Origin: an uncultured bacterium | Lineage (GTDB): Bacteria > Patescibacteriota > Gracilibacteria > UBA1369 > PNNO01 | Length of the DNA stretch: 32,000 bases | Reading direction: 5' to 3' | Assembly: GCA_963704705.1 (NCBI GenBank) | Contig: OY969931.1 | Span: 930,001 to 962,000, forward strand | Shown here: one piece after another, positions 27,527 through 32,000 of the stretch | How the letters are laid out: each line of letters begins with the position of its first letter | Numbering within the stretch: the stretch's first letter is position 1 | Notes under the pieces: model-generated | What the model was told of the DNA's origin: nothing | Database searches by the model: none | What the model saw: the letters and a program-made list of their open reading frames with translations, nothing else | Position numbers and translations under genes: made by a program

Positions 27527-28630
27527 TTATTTACCTGAAAGCACACCTGCATATTCCATTTCATAAATATGAAGAAATGCAATTAGTAAATTTAATATTA
27601 TAGGTCCGTAAATAATTCCTTTTGGGCCAAATGCAAATACACCACCAAGAACTGATAGAAAAGTAAGTAACGGATGTACCGGAGCACGGCCTTCTATTAA
27701 ATATGGTCTAACAAAATTATCAACAGTAGCTACTATTAATGATCCCCATAAGAGTAATCCAATCCCGCCTACCCAGTTTCCTGTTGCCATTAATATTAAA
27801 GATGCAGGTAACCATATTATTCCTGTTCCAAATAATGGAACCAATGAAAAAACAGCAGTAACTACAGCCCAAAATATTGGATTAGGTAAGCCAACAATTG
27901 CATAACCTATTCCTGCCAAAGTACCCTGAATAATCGCAGTAAAAAAGATACCAAATATCATTGCCAAGCTTACTTCTTTAAATTTTTTGAGTACTGCCTT
28001 ACCATGCTTTAGTGGCAATGGAATCAATGAAGTAATTTTTTTATTAATTAATTCACCATCTTTATAAAAATAATAAAGTGCGAAAAAGAAAATAATTAAT
28101 CCCAATACAAAATCAAATATGTTTCCGAGAATTCCAACAATAAAATCTTTAAGATTTTGCCCCCATTCTGCAACAGTCTGGCTTATCTTACCTATTAAAT
28201 CTAAATTGAGATTCTGTAAACCGAAATCCTGGAAATTTGGAATTAAATTCTGAAGAGAATCAAATAAAAAATAACCTGGTTGCCACTTAATGTAATCATC
28301 AAATGTGCCGGCAGCAAATTGCGCTGAAATATGTTCCAAAGCGTTTATAACCTCAAATATCAATAAAGTAATTATAAGTGCCAATGGTAAAGCTATAATT
28401 AATAACGTAAAAACACATGTAATGAATGATGCTACCCTGGAATGTCCACCAAGTCCTTTATTCAAGACTTTATAAACCGGGAAAAATATAGTCGCAAATA
28501 TCGCTGCGAAAATAAGACTTGTTAAAAAGAAACTATACATCACATAGATGTAATAAAAGAGAATTACTAAAACAAGTAACAGAAAATATCCCGCGAAATT
28601 TGGAACTGTAAGATTTACTTTTTTAATCAA
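27527..28630 (-). CDS. AI-2E family transporter (PerM/YhhT, UPF0118)
   Basis: 367 aa and about 8 TM helices. The C-terminal signature VATVDNFVRPYLIEGRAPVHPLLTFLSVLGGVFAFGPKGIIYGPIIL is typical of the family. Confidence 0.8.
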   Translation of the reverse strand: MIKKVNLTVPNFAGYFLLLVLVILFYYIYVMYSFFLTSLIFAAIFATIFFPVYKVLNKGLGGHSRVASFITCVFTLLIIALPLALIITLLIFEVINALEHISAQFAAGTFDDYIKWQPGYFLFDSLQNLIPNFQDFGLQNLNLDLIGKISQTVAEWGQNLKDFIVGILGNIFDFVLGLIIFFFALYYFYKDGELINKKITSLIPLPLKHGKAVLKKFKEVSLAMIFGIFFTAIIQGTLAGIGYAIVGLPNPIFWAVVTAVFSLVPLFGTGIIWLPASLILMATGNWVGGIGLLLWGSLIVATVDNFVRPYLIEGRAPVHPLLTFLSVLGGVFAFGPKGIIYGPIILNLLIAFLHIYEMEYAGVLSGK

Positions 28631-28637
28631 GGTAATT

Positions 28638-28666
28638 TTTGTTATATCTATTATATTTATAACAAA
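28638..28666. promoter_or_regulatory. 9-bp perfect inverted repeat in the divergent AI-2E / response-regulator intergenic region
   Basis: TTTGTTATA (28638-28646), an 11-nt spacer, then TATAACAAA (28658-28666). It starts 8 nt upstream of the AI-2E start codon. Confidence 0.3.
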
Positions 28667-28777
28667 ATTTCACTTACAAATAAACTGTTTTTCTTTGTCA
28701 TTAAAATATCATACATATATACTTAAAACATGATTAATTTATTGTATAATTAATTTTGTAAATATATAAACAAATCC

Positions 28778-29455
28778 ATGGATATATTAATTATTGAAGA
28801 TGACATTCAATTGGCGGAACATCTCGCTTCCGAATTGAAAAAATACGGGCATAATGCAACAATTGCTAATTCGGTAAAAGAAGCTATAAGCAAAGATTTA
28901 GCAAATTCTCATGACATAGTTATTTTAGATCTGCTGCTAAAAGATGAGCATGGTGCGGACTTTGTTCAATATATAAATAAAGAAAATATTAAAATTCCGA
29001 TTATTGTTTTAAGTTCATTAGCAAACACAAATAATAAAATCGAATTATTAAGGGCAGGAGTCGACGACTATATGACTAAACCATTTGATATAAATGAACT
29101 TTTAGCTCGCCTTGAAACCGTGCATAAACGATATTTGGAAATTTCACATAATAAAAAAGTTCGATACGATGGCGTAACCTTTATTTGGGATGAGAATAAA
29201 GTTATTAGAGAAGGAAAAGAAATTTATTTAACTAATAAAGAAAGTAAACTATTAAGATACCTAGTTTTAAATCATGGTAAGGTTGTTAAATCCGAGGATA
29301 TTATTAAACATGTATGGAATGTCGGGCCAGGTTATCATTCAAATATTCTTCAGTCATTGATTAGACATATAAGAAAAAGATTAGACGAAGGTTTTGATTA
29401 TCAACTTATTAAAAATATTCATGGGGTTGGTTATATGATCGAATTTCCAAAATAA
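28778..29455 (+). CDS. OmpR/PhoB-family two-component response regulator (REC + winged-helix)
   Basis: 225 aa. It has acidic residues near the N-terminus (IIEDD), the phospho-acceptor context IVILDLLL, the LSS (T/S) and KPF (K) positions, and a C-terminal winged helix LTNKESKLLRYLVLN.....E.I...VW ... HIRKRL ... I.N.HGVGY. Confidence 0.9.
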   Translation: MDILIIEDDIQLAEHLASELKKYGHNATIANSVKEAISKDLANSHDIVILDLLLKDEHGADFVQYINKENIKIPIIVLSSLANTNNKIELLRAGVDDYMTKPFDINELLARLETVHKRYLEISHNKKVRYDGVTFIWDENKVIREGKEIYLTNKESKLLRYLVLNHGKVVKSEDIIKHVWNVGPGYHSNILQSLIRHIRKRLDEGFDYQLIKNIHGVGYMIEFPK

Positions 29456-29526
29456 AATGTCACTGTTATTTCATTAATGTTTTCTTATTTTGATGTAAAA
29501 TTTTTGACATATATAAATATAATATT

Positions 29527-30759
29527 ATGCGCTCAAATATTAACGAAGGCTATTCAAGTGCCTCGGGTGTTATGGCTGAAACAGATGCAGACTCTGAAAG
29601 TAGAACTTTTAGAAGAATACGGCATGGAACAACAATTGTTAAATTAGAGAAAATTAAAAAGGATAAAGAAGATGGTATTCAAATTGAGATACCCGCAGCA
29701 TTTACTGATGCAACAATCGAAGTATTACTGAATAGTTCTGATGCAATGTTAATAGTTGCTGATTTATCAAGTCAGGAAATATTGGCTTGCAATGAGGCTG
29801 TTGAAAGAAAAACAAATTGTCATTTTTCCAAATTAAATTTTTTATCTGCACTATTTAGTCATGAAACTATACAAAATCTTACAAGTGGATCTTCGCACTT
29901 GAAAAATCAAACATTAGAAGGAGGTAAAGGTCTGGTAAATATGGAGGTAACTCCAATTCATTGGTCCGGGAAAACCCTTTTCTTAATAAAAATAAAAGAA
30001 CAAGATGAAACAATTAGCCTTAAGGAACATAAAGAAACTTTAAGAACAATTGAAAATATAACCGGAGGAATTGGTCACGATTTGAAAAATGTTCTTGGGA
30101 TATTACTTGGTAATCTTTCATTGCTTGAATGTGATAGTATTGGAGAAACCAGAGAGATGTACCAATCAATGATTGGGTCAACAATGCGAGGTATTAAATT
30201 ATTAAACAGATTTATTAGATATACTTCCTCAAATAAATTAAAGTTAACAAGAATCGATTTATTTCCATTAGTTAAGGATATATCAGCTGAATATAGTTAT
30301 TGGAAGGCTGCTCAAAACATTAAATTAAAGCTCGTTATGGAAGCATCAGAATTTGAATGCGATGTTGACAAAGTTGCTATAAGTCAGGTTATTCAAAATT
30401 TACTTCAAAATGCCAAAGATGCCATGCCTTCAGGTGGAACAATTACAATCAGGCTTGGTGGTATTCAAAGTGCAAGTTTTGATATAGATGGGAACACAAT
30501 TAGTACTCCTGAACAATATATGTGTATAAGTATTGAAGACGAAGGTGTGGGTATAGAAGAAGCAAACCGGTCTAAAATATTTCAACCAGAATTTACAACC
30601 AAATATCATACCGAAGCTAATTTTGGTTTGGGTTTAGCGGTTGTTAAAAAAATTGTTGAAAATCATAATGGACACATAATTTTAGAAAGTAAAACCGGTC
30701 CGGATTCATTTACAAAATTTCAAATTTTGCTTCCAAAACCGACAGATTCCCGACAATAG
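29527..30759 (+). CDS. Soluble sensor histidine kinase (PAS-like N-terminal region, HisKA, HATPase_c), no TM segments
   Basis: 410 aa. It has the H-box GGIGHDLKNVLG, N-box VIQNLLQNAKDAM, G1 IEDEGVGI, F-box IFQPEFTTK and G2 GLGLAVVKKIV. There is no hydrophobic stretch long enough for a TM helix. Confidence 0.9.
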   Translation: MRSNINEGYSSASGVMAETDADSESRTFRRIRHGTTIVKLEKIKKDKEDGIQIEIPAAFTDATIEVLLNSSDAMLIVADLSSQEILACNEAVERKTNCHFSKLNFLSALFSHETIQNLTSGSSHLKNQTLEGGKGLVNMEVTPIHWSGKTLFLIKIKEQDETISLKEHKETLRTIENITGGIGHDLKNVLGILLGNLSLLECDSIGETREMYQSMIGSTMRGIKLLNRFIRYTSSNKLKLTRIDLFPLVKDISAEYSYWKAAQNIKLKLVMEASEFECDVDKVAISQVIQNLLQNAKDAMPSGGTITIRLGGIQSASFDIDGNTISTPEQYMCISIEDEGVGIEEANRSKIFQPEFTTKYHTEANFGLGLAVVKKIVENHNGHIILESKTGPDSFTKFQILLPKPTDSRQ

Positions 30760-30798
30760 ATGCTTTACTTTAGTTATATAAATTAAAGTATCTACGTT

Positions 30799-32000
30799 AT
30801 GGTTGAATTATCTAGTGAATCGGATTTACAGGTATCCAATGATCTCGATGTTTCCTTCAGGGAAATATTTGATTTAGAACATACGTCAAGGGAACTCCGG
30901 CAGGCAGTAATGGATGTTTTAACTGAATATCCTGAATACGGTTTTTATTTTTTTAATCAGGGAGCATTCAAGCAAAAAATCAGCTTTCTAAAAGAGCAAT
31001 TTCTTCCAGACACTGAAGCTGCCAAAGTTGCTTATGCTGTAAAAGCCAATCCCAGAACACGTATATTACAATTATTACAGGAATACGGTATTGATACTTT
31101 TGATTGTGCATCCCCTGGTGAAATAGAAAGTGTTTTAAGAGTAAATCCTAACGCAAAAATTCTTTATAATAATCCCAGAAAATTAAAAAGAGAAATAAAA
31201 GCAGCATCCAGAATGGGGGTAAGACATTACACTGCACATAATCAAAGGGGCGTTGATAAAATTTTAGAAAACGTAATTCCATACGATAGCGAATCCCCTA
31301 TTGAAATAGCTGTTAGAATGCAAACACTTAATGAGAATGCCGAAATTAATCTTTCTACTAAATTTGGTACAACACCTGATGAAGTAAGAAGAATAGTTCA
31401 ATATCTCGTATTTGAAGCTCAGGTTATTCCGGGAATTGCTGTAAATGCCGGTTCACAAAATAAAAATCCGGAAATATACAGAAAAATTATTTTACAAATT
31501 GCAGAAATAATTAAAGATATTCGGGAATTGTTAATCATTAATTTAGGTGGAGGATTTCCTGTAAATTATCATGAAAAAGATCAATTCGATTTGAGAAATT
31601 ATTTCAAAGTTATAAATCAGGTTACTCATGAAGTACTCCATAGTGTTATTAGTGATGAAAATGCTCAAATTATTATTGAACCAGGGAGATCTGTTATTGC
31701 TGATTCTGTTGATTTATTTGTTCCTGTAATAGAACGTGAAACTCGAGAAGGAAGGCCTTGTATTACTATAGCTGATGGAATATTTACTTCATTTAGTGAT
31801 TATGCAATACACGGATGGAAATATCCTTTCAGGCCGTTCTCAATAGAAGAAAAAACATTTACAGATAATAAAACCAATTTTACTGTATTTGGACAAACCT
31901 GCGATTCCGGAGACAAAATAAATTCTGTTGAATTACCAAATAATATAGATGAAGGTGATTATTTATGGGTACCAGGTGCTGGTGCATATTTAGATTCGCA
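30799..32000 (+). CDS. PLP-dependent group IV decarboxylase (Orn/DAP/Arg decarboxylase family, ornithine-decarboxylase-like), 3' partial
   Basis: I translated from ATG at 30799: MVELSSESDL...AYAVKANP (PLP lysine context) ... INLGGGFP ... IIEPGRSVIA ... FGQTCDSGD ... WVPGAGAYLDS. It is open to the window end and not in the ORF track for that reason. The substrate cannot be assigned from sequence alone. Confidence 0.8.
   Translation, partial: MVELSSESDLQVSNDLDVSFREIFDLEHTSRELRQAVMDVLTEYPEYGFYFFNQGAFKQKISFLKEQFLPDTEAAKVAYAVKANPRTRILQLLQEYGIDTFDCASPGEIESVLRVNPNAKILYNNPRKLKREIKAASRMGVRHYTAHNQRGVDKILENVIPYDSESPIEIAVRMQTLNENAEINLSTKFGTTPDEVRRIVQYLVFEAQVIPGIAVNAGSQNKNPEIYRKIILQIAEIIKDIRELLIINLGGGFPVNYHEKDQFDLRNYFKVINQVTHEVLHSVISDENAQIIIEPGRSVIADSVDLFVPVIERETREGRPCITIADGIFTSFSDYAIHGWKYPFRPFSIEEKTFTDNKTNFTVFGQTCDSGDKINSVELPNNIDEGDYLWVPGAGAYLDS

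Overview
This is an AT-rich, very gene-dense chromosomal window. It holds 27 complete CDSs of about 9,390 codons, plus 2 CDSs cut by the window edges, so roughly 93% is coding. By inference it comes from a bacterium with a reduced, housekeeping-dominated gene set, consistent with a CPR/Patescibacteria-like or similar uncultivated lineage.

The recognisable core genes are:
- an RSH (RelA/SpoT) N-terminal fragment;
- a membrane H+-pyrophosphatase (hppA);
- L25/Ctc, ybaB and mltG;
- dnaA, with no dnaN next to it;
- a pyrH-frr-rseP string;
- groES-groEL behind a CIRCE operator;
- RNase Y (rny).

The right half looks more accessory. It carries a degenerate eukaryote-like kinase homolog, a secreted protein with three lamin-tail domains, a DsbA-like oxidoreductase and a P1B-type ATPase homolog that has lost its catalytic motifs. 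It also carries a 3-Cys ferredoxin, an AI-2E transporter, an OmpR-type response regulator with a soluble PAS histidine kinase, and a group IV PLP decarboxylase (3' partial).

I saw no rRNA, CRISPR array, transposase, integrase or recognisable defence gene.

The observations most worth a second look are:
1. a well-promoted tRNA gene with canonical arms but 31 nt instead of 7 between the anticodon-stem strands;
2. an almost fully base-paired 150-nt spacer next to it, a candidate structured RNA of unknown class;
3. the degenerate P-type ATPase, where DKTGT has become KKRKV, in a co-directional cluster with the LTD and DsbA-like genes;
4. the degenerate kinase homolog;
5. the complete absence of TGA, both as a stop and in frame, in all CDSs of the window.

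All protein-family calls come from motif recognition by eye. No database search was run.
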